Positions 38,462 to 48,206 of a DNA stretch of 64,000 bases are shown in pieces; the stretch's first letter is position 1, and every line of letters starts with the position of its first letter. The translations under genes and the position numbers were made by a program. The DNA comes from Corallococcus sp. Lineage in GTDB: Bacteria > Bacillota > Clostridia > Christensenellales > CAG-314. The notes under the pieces are model-generated. The model made no database searches. It was given only the letters and a program-made list of their open reading frames with translations, and was not told where the DNA came from. The stretch covers positions 152,116-216,115 of the forward strand of contig JAMPEJ010000001.1 in assembly GCA_023665205.1 (NCBI GenBank), written 5' to 3'.

Positions 38462-39564
38462 AAGCCCGCTCCGGTTTTATGCGGAATTACATCCCGCGAA
38501 ATATTGAGCAATATGCCGACTGCCGCCAAAAATACCACTAACGAAGTACCGCCGTAACTGATAAAAGGTAACGGTAATCCCGTCGGAGGAATACTTCCCG
38601 TAACTACGGCGAAATTCAATACGCTTTGCACTGCAATAACTGCAGATATGCCTGCGGCAAGATAGCACCTGAATTTATCTTTGGCATTTGCGGCAATTCT
38701 AACTCCGCGCAAAATAACTATTATGTACAAAGCAAATACAACTGCGCATCCGAAAAGTCCTGTTTCTTCGCCTATAACGGAAAAAATAAAGTCGCTTTCC
38801 GCAAACGGTAAAAATCTGTATTTCTGCCTACTGTTAAAGATTCCCACACCGAAAAAACCGCCGCTGCCCAAAGCGTACAACGATTGTATCAACTGATAAC
38901 CTTCGTCCTTGGGCGAAGCCCACGGATCGATAAACGCCAGCAAACGTTGCAAACGGTAAGGTTCCATAAATATCAATACTGGAACTGCAAGAATTACTGG
39001 TACCAGCAAAAGCAAGAAATGCCGCCACTTCATACCGCCCAAAAATAACATTATAATTAGCAGCATTGCCATACACATAGTAATACTCATATTCGGTTCT
39101 GCAATAATCAGTCCGCAAAAAATCACGCCTACGATAATTACTATCAAACTGTTGGAAAACTTGCTCATATCTTTTCGCGACATATAAACGGAACAAAACA
39201 ATACGAATGCAAATTTAGCAATCTCCGACGGCTGCATAGAAAAACCGCCGAAACCTATCCATCTCTTAGCTCCGTAATTTTCAATACTTATGCCGGGCAC
39301 AAATACCAATACCAGCAACACTACGGCAACAACAACGCCGACTATCCACAGTTTTTTTATAAAGTCCAGTTTTATTTGGCTAACGGCCAGCATAGCCACG
39401 ACGCCGATCACGGCGCCGATCAACTGTTTGAACAAAAAAAAGTATTTATTGCCGTAGGTTGTTTCCGCCGTGTACATACTGGCACTGTAAACAAATACGA
39501 GTCCAATCACTACTAATCCCAATACGGCGAAAAACAACATAAAATCAAACTTTCTTTTGCTCAC
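38449..39564 (-). CDS. ftsW: FtsW/SpoVE (SEDS family) peptidoglycan glycosyltransferase
   Basis: 371-aa polytopic SEDS protein (PSEIAKFAFVLF, LPFISYGGTS). Confidence 0.9.
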   Translation of the reverse strand: MSKRKFDFMLFFAVLGLVVIGLVFVYSASMYTAETTYGNKYFFLFKQLIGAVIGVVAMLAVSQIKLDFIKKLWIVGVVVAVVLLVLVFVPGISIENYGAKRWIGFGGFSMQPSEIAKFAFVLFCSVYMSRKDMSKFSNSLIVIIVGVIFCGLIIAEPNMSITMCMAMLLIIMLFLGGMKWRHFLLLLVPVILAVPVLIFMEPYRLQRLLAFIDPWASPKDEGYQLIQSLYALGSGGFFGVGIFNSRQKYRFLPFAESDFIFSVIGEETGLFGCAVVFALYIIVILRGVRIAANAKDKFRCYLAAGISAVIAVQSVLNFAVVTGSIPPTGLPLPFISYGGTSLVVFLAAVGILLNISRDVIPHKTGAGLWIT

Positions 39565-40843
39565 GGCACATCTCCTCTACTATTTGTGCAAAACGATCAC
39601 CGCGTTCTTCGTAATTATTAAAAAAATCGAAACTGGCGCACGCGTTGGACATCAATACAACGCCACCGATAGTTCTCATTTTGCGATAACATTTGGAAAC
39701 CGCATCTTTATAATCATTGCATTCGATCACGTCTAAAAAATATCTTTTAGCTGCGGCCTGCATTTTTTTTGCAGTTTCACCTACGACGCAAATCATTTTT
39801 ACGTTACTTTTTATGCCGGCAAACAATTCGGAGAAATCACAGCCTTTGTCAGAGCCTCCCAAGATTAAAGCTAGCGGGGTATTGGCATAACATTCCAATG
39901 CAGAAAGCGTGGCATGTACGTTTGTCGCCTTACTATCATCCACAAAAGTAACGCCGTCAAAGCGTTTAACCGTTTGCAAACGGTGAGGAAGAAACCTGTA
40001 TGTCGGTAAACTTTTGCAGGCAGCGTCCACATCGACCCCCAACAGAAAACACACCAAAACTGCACACAAAGCGTTAGAAAGGTTGTGTTTTGATAAAGTC
40101 TCAAAATACGGACATGCAAAAATTATCGTTTCTCCAAAAACATTGAGATGAAGTTCGCCGCTACGATAGTAACAATTTGCATTGGAATTTAGAGTAGAAT
40201 AGTACAACGTATAAGCACCGCTTTGCATAGAAATTTCCAACGCTAAATCGTCATCGGCATTAAAAATCGCAAAGGCGTCGCTTTGCTGGTGACTGAAATT
40301 ATTACGTTTTGCTTTAACGTATCCACCGAAATCACCATGATAATCCAAGTGATCGACAGCCACGTTAGTTACTACGCTTATGTACGGAGAAAAACAAACG
40401 GCATCGTTCAGTTGAAAACTGGAAGTTTCCAGTACGACAATTTCTTTTTCAGTAACGTCCAAAACCTCTTTGGAAAACGGTACTCCTCCGTTACCCAACA
40501 ATCTTGACGGGAAAGCGGCATGTTGCAAAATGTGATAAATGAGTTGCGTCGTCGTGGTTTTTCCGTTTGTTCCGGTAACGGATACGCACTTACCCTTGCA
40601 ATAAGGAAAACAAAAGTCTAATTCTCCAATCGTCTTTGCTCCCAACTCTTTTGCACAAGTAACTCCGAATGCCGTAGGCTTCACTCCGGGACTCAATACG
40701 ACCGTGTCGGTTTTTTGAAAAAATCTGCCGTTTTCAAATCCGCGCTCGTCGTCATACATTATTGGCGTATCGCCAAGCGTCCGCACCATGTCACACAAGC
40801 TTTGTCCTGTTTTTCCTCTCCCATAGACTATTATGTCTGACAT
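39545..40843 (-). CDS. murD: UDP-N-acetylmuramoylalanine--D-glutamate ligase
   Basis: Mur ligase motifs (VTGTNGKTTT). Start trimmed to ATG 40843 (GGAGG upstream), 1 nt after the mraY stop. Confidence 0.9.
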   Translation of the reverse strand: MSDIIVYGRGKTGQSLCDMVRTLGDTPIMYDDERGFENGRFFQKTDTVVLSPGVKPTAFGVTCAKELGAKTIGELDFCFPYCKGKCVSVTGTNGKTTTTQLIYHILQHAAFPSRLLGNGGVPFSKEVLDVTEKEIVVLETSSFQLNDAVCFSPYISVVTNVAVDHLDYHGDFGGYVKAKRNNFSHQQSDAFAIFNADDDLALEISMQSGAYTLYYSTLNSNANCYYRSGELHLNVFGETIIFACPYFETLSKHNLSNALCAVLVCFLLGVDVDAACKSLPTYRFLPHRLQTVKRFDGVTFVDDSKATNVHATLSALECYANTPLALILGGSDKGCDFSELFAGIKSNVKMICVVGETAKKMQAAAKRYFLDVIECNDYKDAVSKCYRKMRTIGGVVLMSNACASFDFFNNYEERGDRFAQIVEEMCREQKKV

Positions 40844-40844
40844 A

Positions 40845-41840
40845 TTATCCTCCAAAACATAGCAAAACAGCTATAGTTATCAAAGTGACGCAACAATAAA
40901 TTACACATATGCGCGTTTCCGACAAACCCTTCTTTTGCAAATGATGATGATACGGCGCCATAAGAAATATGCGTTTGCCTTTCGTAATTTTGAAATAGAC
41001 AACTTGCAAAATGACCGACGCGCACGATACGACAAACATCAATCCTACAATAGGTATAAACAGCGAGTAACGCGTAAAGATTGCCGTACAAGCCACCAAA
41101 GCCCCCAAAGCAAGCGAACCGGTATCTCCCATAAACACCTTAGCGTTGTTAGCGTTAAATATCAAAAACGCAAGCAATGCGCCTACTGAAAGAACGCACA
41201 ACACCACTACGTCTTTTGTTTGTTTGTATGCATATGTGTCGCCGACTTCCTCCAAGCGCACAAGTTCTTTTTGCAAAAGCAAGGCTATCCCGGCCAAGTA
41301 ACATATTGTCGTAGACGTGGCCAATCCGTCCAATCCGTCGGTCAGATTTACGCCGTTTGTGCAAGCCAAATAAATAAAAATCACAAGCGGAATTATCCAC
41401 CAACCTATTACAACTTGCTTGTCCGTAAAAGGCAAGCGAAGTTTATCGCCGACGGAAACGTCTCGGTAAACGAAAACCGCCACAACTACGGCAATTGCCA
41501 ACTGCACCAATATCTTTTGATAGGCGTACAGTCCTTGGTTACGGTGAAATTTAATTTTTATAAAATCGTCCAAAAATCCTACAAAAGCATAACCGACAAA
41601 TACTGCAAGAGCAACGGTAATACCTCTGTTTTTCAAGTCGCAGAAAATACACGCTGTCACCACAATAGCCAATATAAAAGCTATTCCGCCCATCGTGGGC
41701 GTACCGCTTTTGCTACTGTGCTCGGTTACGTATTGCAGAATTTCCTGCTTTGCTTTAGCTTTTTTCAATATGGGCAGCAATGCAAAGCAACCGCATAAAG
41801 ATATTATAAACGCCACCAAAAAAGATAGAGGTGTATTCAT
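40845..41840 (-). CDS. mraY: phospho-N-acetylmuramoyl-pentapeptide transferase
   Basis: 331-aa polytopic protein with GTPTMGG, DDFIK, NLTDGLDGLA and MGDTGSLALG. Confidence 0.95.
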   Translation of the reverse strand: MNTPLSFLVAFIISLCGCFALLPILKKAKAKQEILQYVTEHSSKSGTPTMGGIAFILAIVVTACIFCDLKNRGITVALAVFVGYAFVGFLDDFIKIKFHRNQGLYAYQKILVQLAIAVVVAVFVYRDVSVGDKLRLPFTDKQVVIGWWIIPLVIFIYLACTNGVNLTDGLDGLATSTTICYLAGIALLLQKELVRLEEVGDTYAYKQTKDVVVLCVLSVGALLAFLIFNANNAKVFMGDTGSLALGALVACTAIFTRYSLFIPIVGLMFVVSCASVILQVVYFKITKGKRIFLMAPYHHHLQKKGLSETRICVIYCCVTLITIAVLLCFGG

Positions 41841-41867
41841 AAAGCCTCCTTTGCAATCCTGTATGTA

Positions 41868-43298
41868 TTAGGCGTTTTTGAGAATAGATTTTACAACGTC
41901 GATATCGGAATAAGGCAATTTTTTGCCTTTTATTTCCTGATAGGTTTCCGAACCTTTACCGAGTATCGCCACCGTGTCGCAAGATTTTGCCAACGAAATG
42001 GCGAATTCGGTAGCCTGAGCACGATTCAGCACCACTTTATACGGACAGGTAAGACGCGAAACTATATCCTGAGCAATTATCTTAGGATCTTCATATCTCG
42101 GATTATCGTTAGTCAAAACCGCAAAATCAGCAAACCCCGAAACGCGCTCCGCCATTATCGGACGTTTGAATTTATCTCTGTTACCTCCGCAACCGAACAC
42201 GACTATCAATTTTCCGTCGGTAGTACTTTTCAAATATTTCAAAATGTTTTCCACGCCGTCGGGCGTATGCGCAAAATCAACTACTATGCGCATTCCGTCG
42301 TCTCGCATAACGGTTTCGTTTCGTCCGCTAATGTATTTTATTTCTTCAACGGCGCGAACTGCCGTATCTATGTCCGCCCCCATAGCAACCGCGCAAGTAA
42401 GAGCAGCAATTATATTGTATACGTTAAACGTTCCGTTAAGTTTTGTGCAAACTTCTGCGTTCTGCCCAAATATTTCAACATTAAATTTCATACCGTTGCT
42501 ACACAAACGTATATCTTTTGCAGTGCTATCGGCGTTGTTTAACAACGAATACGTTGCGACTCCCGAAAAACTTTGTGCAATTTGCGAACCCAATTCGTCG
42601 TCAATGTTTACAATTGCATTTCTCACGTAATCGGTGCAAAAATAACTTTTCTTAACTTCTCCGTATTTTTCCATCGTACCGAAAAAATCCAAATGATCTT
42701 GCGAAAAATTAGTAAATATCGCAAAATCGGCAACTACTCCGTACAGTTTGTTCAATGCTATGGCGTGAGCCGAAGCCTCCATCACCACCACCTGAACTTT
42801 ATTGAGATACATTTGTTTGAACCAATAATGCAACGCAATCGGATCGGGTGTGGTAAGCGTGCAGTCATGTTTCTGTCCGTCAAAAAATATCCCGTTTGTC
42901 CCTATTACCGCCGTATTATATCCGGCTTTTGTCAAGGCGCTTTCCAAGACATAACTTGTAGAAGTTTTTCCGTTTGTACCGACAACCGAAATTATTTTCA
43001 ATTTGTCCGCGCAGTTATCGTAAAAATTCTTGGCAATTTGCGCCATTGCAATGCGAGTATTATCCACAACTATTTGCAACGCTTTGGTATCAAGTTGTTT
43101 TTCGCAAACCAAAGCGACGCACCCTTCCCCTATAACTTTGCGAAAGAAATCGTGTCCATCGTATTTTGTACCTTTAAGACAAAAAAACATACAGCCTTGC
43201 TTAGCAGTAGACGTATCGCAAGATAAAGAAGTGACATTAGGATTTCCGTCGCCTATAACTTTGCAACAAATTCCGTTTAACAATTCTTGCAGATACAT
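41868..43298 (-). CDS. murE: UDP-N-acetylmuramoyl-L-alanyl-D-glutamate--2,6-diaminopimelate ligase
   Basis: Mur ligase (VGTNGKTS). The DNPR motif (LTNDNPRYEDP) is associated with meso-DAP specificity. Confidence 0.9.
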   Translation of the reverse strand: MYLQELLNGICCKVIGDGNPNVTSLSCDTSTAKQGCMFFCLKGTKYDGHDFFRKVIGEGCVALVCEKQLDTKALQIVVDNTRIAMAQIAKNFYDNCADKLKIISVVGTNGKTSTSYVLESALTKAGYNTAVIGTNGIFFDGQKHDCTLTTPDPIALHYWFKQMYLNKVQVVVMEASAHAIALNKLYGVVADFAIFTNFSQDHLDFFGTMEKYGEVKKSYFCTDYVRNAIVNIDDELGSQIAQSFSGVATYSLLNNADSTAKDIRLCSNGMKFNVEIFGQNAEVCTKLNGTFNVYNIIAALTCAVAMGADIDTAVRAVEEIKYISGRNETVMRDDGMRIVVDFAHTPDGVENILKYLKSTTDGKLIVVFGCGGNRDKFKRPIMAERVSGFADFAVLTNDNPRYEDPKIIAQDIVSRLTCPYKVVLNRAQATEFAISLAKSCDTVAILGKGSETYQEIKGKKLPYSDIDVVKSILKNA

Positions 43299-43395
43299 TT
43301 ATTTTCTCCCAAAAGCAATAATCCATACAATCGTACTTGTATGGATTATTGTATTACTCTCACTATATTTTTATGATTATGTAAACAGATGAGGA

Positions 43396-45129
43396 TCACT
43401 CTAAAGGCGCAAGCTTTTTGTAATCTATTATGCCTTGAAAGACCAATTTTGCATAAGGCGCGGCGACGATAGATCCATAGCTCTGACCTTCCGGTTCGTC
43501 CACTATCATAAGGCATAAGTATTTTGGGCTACTTGCGGGGAAAAATCCTATAAAAGACGAAACGTACTTTCCCGTAGCCAACGCACCGTTTACAAATTTT
43601 TGTGCAGTGCCGGTTTTTCCTCCTACCTGATATCCCTCGATATAAGCGTTTTTACCTCCGCCTTCTTTTACTACGCGCGCAAGCATTTGAGCCACCTCAA
43701 AACTGGTTTGTTCGCTCACTGCGCGATTGATAACGGTAGGCGCGAAACGCTTGACAACGTTTCCCGTCGTTGGATCGGAAATTTCCTTGACCAAATACGG
43801 TTGCAACAAAAGCCCGCCGTTCACAGCTGCCGCAGTAGCCATACACAATTGCAAAGCCGTAACGGCTATTGTTTGCCCAAATCCGATACGAGCAAGATCG
43901 CCGTTAGTTACTGAACTTTCCGCGACAAGCAATCCGGATTGTTCTCCGACAAAGTCTATGCCAGTACTGCTGCCATACCCGAAATTACGCAAATATTCGT
44001 ACATCGTGGTTTTGCCGAGAGACAAGGCAATATCCGTAAAAATCGGGTTGCAACTGTTATTTAGCGCATCGGACAGATTTTGATTGGAATGCTTGCCGTT
44101 GGCGTGTTTAGTCCAACAACTTATTTTAGAGCCGTCAATAATTCTTGTTCCGGCAGAACTGAATATATATTCCGGTGAGAACGCTTTAGGGTTGCCTTTT
44201 TTGTATTCTTCCAAACAAGCGGCAGCCGTAAGCACCTTAAACGTCGAACCCGGCTCGTAAATATCCGTAAGGAGCGTGTTTTTGGAATACTTCATTAGGG
44301 TTTCCAAGTCATCGCGAGGCAAGTTGTTAAGGTCTATGCTCGGTTTACTGGCCATAGCCAATATTTCACCCGTTTGAACGTCCAATACTATACATCTTGC
44401 AGACTGAGGACTTTGTTGATACATTGCCAGTTGTAAAACGTTTTCTACAACGGTTTGAATAACGCTGTCTACTGTCAAAGTCAACGTAAGCCCGTCAATT
44501 GCAGGCAGATAGGTCATATTACCTTGTTGGAGTTCCTGTCCGACTAAATCAGTTTCGGTAAGCAGAGCTCCGTTTATCCCCTGCAAATACTTGTCGTAAT
44601 ATGCTTCTATGCCCATCTGTCCAACCCCGTCAGATGACACAAATCCAAGTACCTGCGACAAAAAATCGCCGTAAACGTAGCTCCGCACTCCGATAGACGC
44701 CAAATATATTCCGTTCAAATTACAATTTCGTATTTCAGTAGCTTGTTCGGACGTGATTTCCCGTGCCAACGTCACTTCCGACACTCCGCTTTTGCAGAGT
44801 TTTTCACATAACGTTTGATACTCGATTTGAAGAATACCGCTTAAAACTTCCGCACATTTTTCCGCGTCCGTCACACTTTGTGGACGTGCATATACTCCGT
44901 ACCCTGTTTCCGTAGTCGCAAGTAACTGACCGTTGGTATCCACTATATCTCCGCGATACGCTTTTATCGGAAGATCGCGTTGCCATTGGTCTGCAGCCTT
45001 TGCTTGCAGAACTTTGCCCCAAACTACTTGTATATAGCCTAAACGGAAAAATATGACTGTAAACAAAAAAATTGCCACCACCAATAGTGATAGCAATCTT
45101 TTTTTAGATACGTAATAACTTTCTTGCAA
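43396..45129 (-). CDS. class B penicillin-binding protein (FtsI/SpoVD-type transpeptidase)
   Basis: Contains SXXK (STFK), SXN (SCN) and KTG (KTGT) motifs and no PASTA domain. The probable start is TTG 45129 (GGGGG 5 nt upstream, 1 nt after the upstream stop) rather than the ORF-track TTG 45195. Confidence 0.9.
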   Translation of the reverse strand: MQESYYVSKKRLLSLLVVAIFLFTVIFFRLGYIQVVWGKVLQAKAADQWQRDLPIKAYRGDIVDTNGQLLATTETGYGVYARPQSVTDAEKCAEVLSGILQIEYQTLCEKLCKSGVSEVTLAREITSEQATEIRNCNLNGIYLASIGVRSYVYGDFLSQVLGFVSSDGVGQMGIEAYYDKYLQGINGALLTETDLVGQELQQGNMTYLPAIDGLTLTLTVDSVIQTVVENVLQLAMYQQSPQSARCIVLDVQTGEILAMASKPSIDLNNLPRDDLETLMKYSKNTLLTDIYEPGSTFKVLTAAACLEEYKKGNPKAFSPEYIFSSAGTRIIDGSKISCWTKHANGKHSNQNLSDALNNSCNPIFTDIALSLGKTTMYEYLRNFGYGSSTGIDFVGEQSGLLVAESSVTNGDLARIGFGQTIAVTALQLCMATAAAVNGGLLLQPYLVKEISDPTTGNVVKRFAPTVINRAVSEQTSFEVAQMLARVVKEGGGKNAYIEGYQVGGKTGTAQKFVNGALATGKYVSSFIGFFPASSPKYLCLMIVDEPEGQSYGSIVAAPYAKLVFQGIIDYKKLAPLE

Positions 45130-45130
45130 A

Positions 45131-45739
45131 TTAGCCCCCGAACACTTCGCACAACCAATCGCACAAGGAATCAAACCAGTTGGTTTTAACTTCAAAATTT
45201 TGTGCGGGCCTCGTTTCTACCTTATCGTAAGTTTGCGTGCTGGATTGCGCAGTGTCAACATAGCCAAACTGCTCGGCTTTTGCCGCCAAATCATTGACGT
45301 CTTCCGCTGCAAGCGCTCCATCCAATATCTCAACGTTTTTAACTACCGTAGAGTAATCTGCCGTAAGCGTAGCCGTTTGCGCAAAAACTCCGTTGACGGA
45401 TACTGCCGCCAAAGAAATTCCCAACACCAAAATAAGTACTGCCGCAACGTAACAAACTGTTGCCACTTTTGTTTTAGTACTCCATTTTTTTGCAACTACC
45501 GTTTCTGCCTGGTAATTGCGACGGTAATTCATTGTCAAAGTTTGTTCCGTAGGCATAACGTCTGCGCTTACGGAAGCGTCGTTTGCCTCAGTTTCAACAA
45601 AAGAACCCAACTTTTCTTGGATAGTTTGCAAAGAAAACTCTTGAACTTCCGGCGAAAAACGCGTTGACGAATAAGACGTGTCTACGTCGGAGTACACATC
45701 GTCATTATAGTAATTCTGTCTTTCATCGTTCATTCTCAT
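45131..45739 (-). CDS. bitopic membrane protein occupying the ftsL position of the dcw cluster
   Basis: Start at ATG 45739 (GGCGGTGA 5 nt upstream). It has an acidic N-terminal region of about 90 aa, one TM (VATVCYVAAVLILVLGISLAAVSV), and an extracytoplasmic domain of about 90 aa. No clear FtsL coiled coil is visible. Confidence 0.5.
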   Translation of the reverse strand: MRMNDERQNYYNDDVYSDVDTSYSSTRFSPEVQEFSLQTIQEKLGSFVETEANDASVSADVMPTEQTLTMNYRRNYQAETVVAKKWSTKTKVATVCYVAAVLILVLGISLAAVSVNGVFAQTATLTADYSTVVKNVEILDGALAAEDVNDLAAKAEQFGYVDTAQSSTQTYDKVETRPAQNFEVKTNWFDSLCDWLCEVFGG

Positions 45740-45763
45740 TTTATTCACCGCCTTGTGAAATAA

Positions 45764-46696
45764 TTACGCTTTTTCAAACACTCTCAATTTTGCGCTTTGC
45801 GAACGAGTATTGGTGCTCAATTCTTCTTTGCTAGGCAAAATCGGTTTTTTTGTTATCGTTCGGCCTTGCGATTTATGTCCGCAAACACACACAGGTAAAT
45901 TCGGCGGACAAACGCACCCAGTAGATAAATCGTTGAAAGTATGCTTTACGATTCTGTCTTCCAACGAGTGAAATGTTATCACGGCGATTCGACCTTTGTC
46001 GAAAAGTGCCGTGCACATTTCTTTCAATGCATTGTCCAAACCGGTCAATTCTTTATTGACTTCTATCCGCAAAGCCTGAAAAGTCCTTTTAGCCGTATGT
46101 CCGCCTTTATTTTTACAAGCGTACGGTATAGACCTGTCTATGATCTCGACCAATTGACCGCAAGTTTCTATAGCTTTTTCTTGCCTCGACAATACGATGT
46201 TTTTAGCAATATTTTTAGCAAAATTTTCCTCACCGTAGTCGCGAATAACGGAAAATAACTGACGCTCCGTGTAGACGTTCACCACGTCTTTTGCAGAAAA
46301 CGCGACGCTTACGTCCATTCGCATATCCAACGGCGCATCTTTTGCCATATACGAAAAACCGCGTTCCGGATTATCTATCTGATATGAACTGACGCCGAGA
46401 TCCGCTAAAAATCCGTCAACTTTATCAACTCCGCATTGATTCAAAACGTATTTAAGGTTCTTGAAATCACTATGTACAAACTCTACGTTTCCAAACTGCG
46501 ACAATCTGTTTTTGCAAACATGCAACGCTTCTTCGTCTTTGTCTACGCAAATCAGTTTGCCGCCGTCAAGTCTTTTTAATATTTCCTGCGAATGTCCGCC
46601 TCCTCCGCACGTGCAATCAACGTAAATACCGTTGGGTTTAACGTTAAGGCCTTGAACACATTCGTCAAGCATTACCGATTTGTGAGCAAAAATCAT
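45764..46696 (-). CDS. rsmH: 16S rRNA (cytosine1402-N4)-methyltransferase
   Basis: 310 aa with [19 protein letters not shown] and [12 protein letters not shown] overlap with mraZ. Confidence 0.95.
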   Translation of the reverse strand: MIFAHKSVMLDECVQGLNVKPNGIYVDCTCGGGGHSQEILKRLDGGKLICVDKDEEALHVCKNRLSQFGNVEFVHSDFKNLKYVLNQCGVDKVDGFLADLGVSSYQIDNPERGFSYMAKDAPLDMRMDVSVAFSAKDVVNVYTERQLFSVIRDYGEENFAKNIAKNIVLSRQEKAIETCGQLVEIIDRSIPYACKNKGGHTAKRTFQALRIEVNKELTGLDNALKEMCTALFDKGRIAVITFHSLEDRIVKHTFNDLSTGCVCPPNLPVCVCGHKSQGRTITKKPILPSKEELSTNTRSQSAKLRVFEKA

Positions 46697-47142
46697 TTCG
46701 ACTCTTTAAGCGCTTTATCCAAGCTTCTGTAAATATCGTCAACCGCTTTCGACGACATATCAAAGCCGAATTTTTCTTGCCACACTTCTTCGCTCCAAAT
46801 TTCCGCTTTGGTCACTGCACCGACAATGCGTACGTCCTTTTTAATACAGAACCTTGCTATCAAATCGTCAGGCAACATAAAACGTCCTTGATTGTCTGCA
46901 GTCACGCTTCTACTGAATGCTGTCAATTGCGTCAACATCAGCGATTGCTCTGGATTTAAGGAATCCAACGACATCAGCTGCGAAAGGATTCTTTGTGTTT
47001 CGTCCGCTTTGTAGACGAAAATGCATCCGTTAGTACCGGGCATAAGAAAATACTCGTCCCCCATATCCTTACGGAAATTGGACGGAAGGCGTATTCTGTT
47101 TTTATCATCCAACGAATGTTGGTAATTGCCCAGTAAAAACAT
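46693..47142 (-). CDS. mraZ: transcriptional regulator MraZ
   Basis: Start trimmed to ATG 47142 ([21 protein letters not shown]), with GGGAG upstream. Two DxxxR-type SpoVT-AbrB repeats are present. Confidence 0.9.
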   Translation of the reverse strand: MFLLGNYQHSLDDKNRIRLPSNFRKDMGDEYFLMPGTNGCIFVYKADETQRILSQLMSLDSLNPEQSLMLTQLTAFSRSVTADNQGRFMLPDDLIARFCIKKDVRIVGAVTKAEIWSEEVWQEKFGFDMSSKAVDDIYRSLDKALKESK

Positions 47143-47169
47143 AGACTGCTCCCTTTTATCAGTGCACTT

Positions 47170-47198
47170 ATTGTAACACACATTTTAACCATAATCAA
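47170..47198 (-). promoter_or_regulatory. mraZ (dcw) promoter
   Basis: Minus strand reads TTGATT (47198..47193), a 17-nt spacer, then TACAAT (47175..47170). Confidence 0.6.
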
Positions 47199-47211
47199 CC
47201 CTTTTTAACCA
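47187..47211 (-). promoter_or_regulatory. candidate MraZ operator: three KGGTT direct repeats with exact 10-bp spacing
   Basis: Minus strand reads aTGGTTaaaaaGGGTTgattaTGGTTaaaa. The complementary AACC occurs at 47187, 47197 and 47207. The repeats overlap the -35 element and spacer of the mraZ promoter. Confidence 0.55.
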
Positions 47212-47372
47212 TTTTTTAGATTTTTTTTTGACAAAATACGCAAAATCTTCAAAATCATTTTAGCGACAACAAATTAACTGCCGAATTATAAGAGCAATAT
47301 CAAAATATAAAATGAAATATGTAACGCTTGCATTTATAAATTAGCCAAGTATTATAAATGGATTCAAATACA

Positions 47373-47402
47373 AATAGCGACAGTCACACGACTGTCGCTA
47401 TT
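47373..47402 (-). terminator. hairpin terminator downstream of the metallophosphoesterase gene
   Basis: A perfect 13-bp stem (AAUAGCGACAGUC / GACUGUCGCUAUU) with a 4-nt loop is followed by UUGUAUUUG on the minus strand. Confidence 0.65.
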
Positions 47403-47501
47403 TGTTACAGAAATATAATAAAAAGCAATCAACATTTTTACCACACAGTCAATCAAAGACCTATATGCGCATATAAGAACAAAAAAAATGAAAAACGTTT
47501 T

Positions 47502-48200
47502 TTACAATTCTATTTCAACCAACTTGTTTTCTACCAAATCGCAAGAAGTCAAATAGAAATCGATACCAAATTTTTTAAGAAGCAAATTAGCTCTGCAATC
47601 TTTCCCATGCAGATGACCGTACACTACTTTGTCTACCCCTGCTGCTACAAATTGACTAACGAATTCCGAATCGTCGTAACGACCGTTAAACGGCGGATAA
47701 TGCATCATTGCAACCACCTTGTCCGTCGGCTTGCGCTGCTTTTGCATGGCGGATAAAGAAAGTTTAAGTCGCTCCGCTTCGCGCAGAAATATTTTCTTAT
47801 CCTCCGCATTGAGGTTATCGCCGTCGGGACAAACCCAGCCGCGAGTACCGCAAATCAACACGTCGCCAAAACGCAGACAATCGTTTTGCAAGGCAAAAAA
47901 ACTTTTCGGTATGCTGCTCCTTACTTGTGAAATGGTATTCCACCAGTAGTCGTGGTTTCCGCGCAATATAACTTTAGTACCGGGTAACGCGTCCACTACT
48001 GCAAAATCCGGCAATGCTTCTTCCATACGCATAGCCCAAGAAAAGTCTCCCGCCAACAATACAAGATCTTCTGCGGAAACTTTACTTGTCCAATCATCGC
48101 AAATCTGCTCAAAATAGTTTTCCCACGATTTGCCGAAAATATCCATAGGCTTGTTACAAACAGTAGAAAGGTGCAAATCGCTGATAGCAAAGACTTTCAT
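47502..48200 (-). CDS. metallophosphoesterase (calcineurin-like phosphoesterase family)
   Basis: Start at ATG 48200 (MKVFAISDLHLS). The motifs DLH, GDFS, GNHD and GHLH match the metallophosphoesterase signature. Confidence 0.75.
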   Translation of the reverse strand: MKVFAISDLHLSTVCNKPMDIFGKSWENYFEQICDDWTSKVSAEDLVLLAGDFSWAMRMEEALPDFAVVDALPGTKVILRGNHDYWWNTISQVRSSIPKSFFALQNDCLRFGDVLICGTRGWVCPDGDNLNAEDKKIFLREAERLKLSLSAMQKQRKPTDKVVAMMHYPPFNGRYDDSEFVSQFVAAGVDKVVYGHLHGKDCRANLLLKKFGIDFYLTSCDLVENKLVEIEL

Positions 48201-48206
48201 AACAAA

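Noticed and set aside
41841-41867. Idea that the missing murF reflects a pseudogene or a deletion scar
   Set aside because: The murE-mraY spacer is only 27 nt and contains just an SD (GGAGG) for mraY. There is no residual murF-like coding sequence, so murF is simply located elsewhere.
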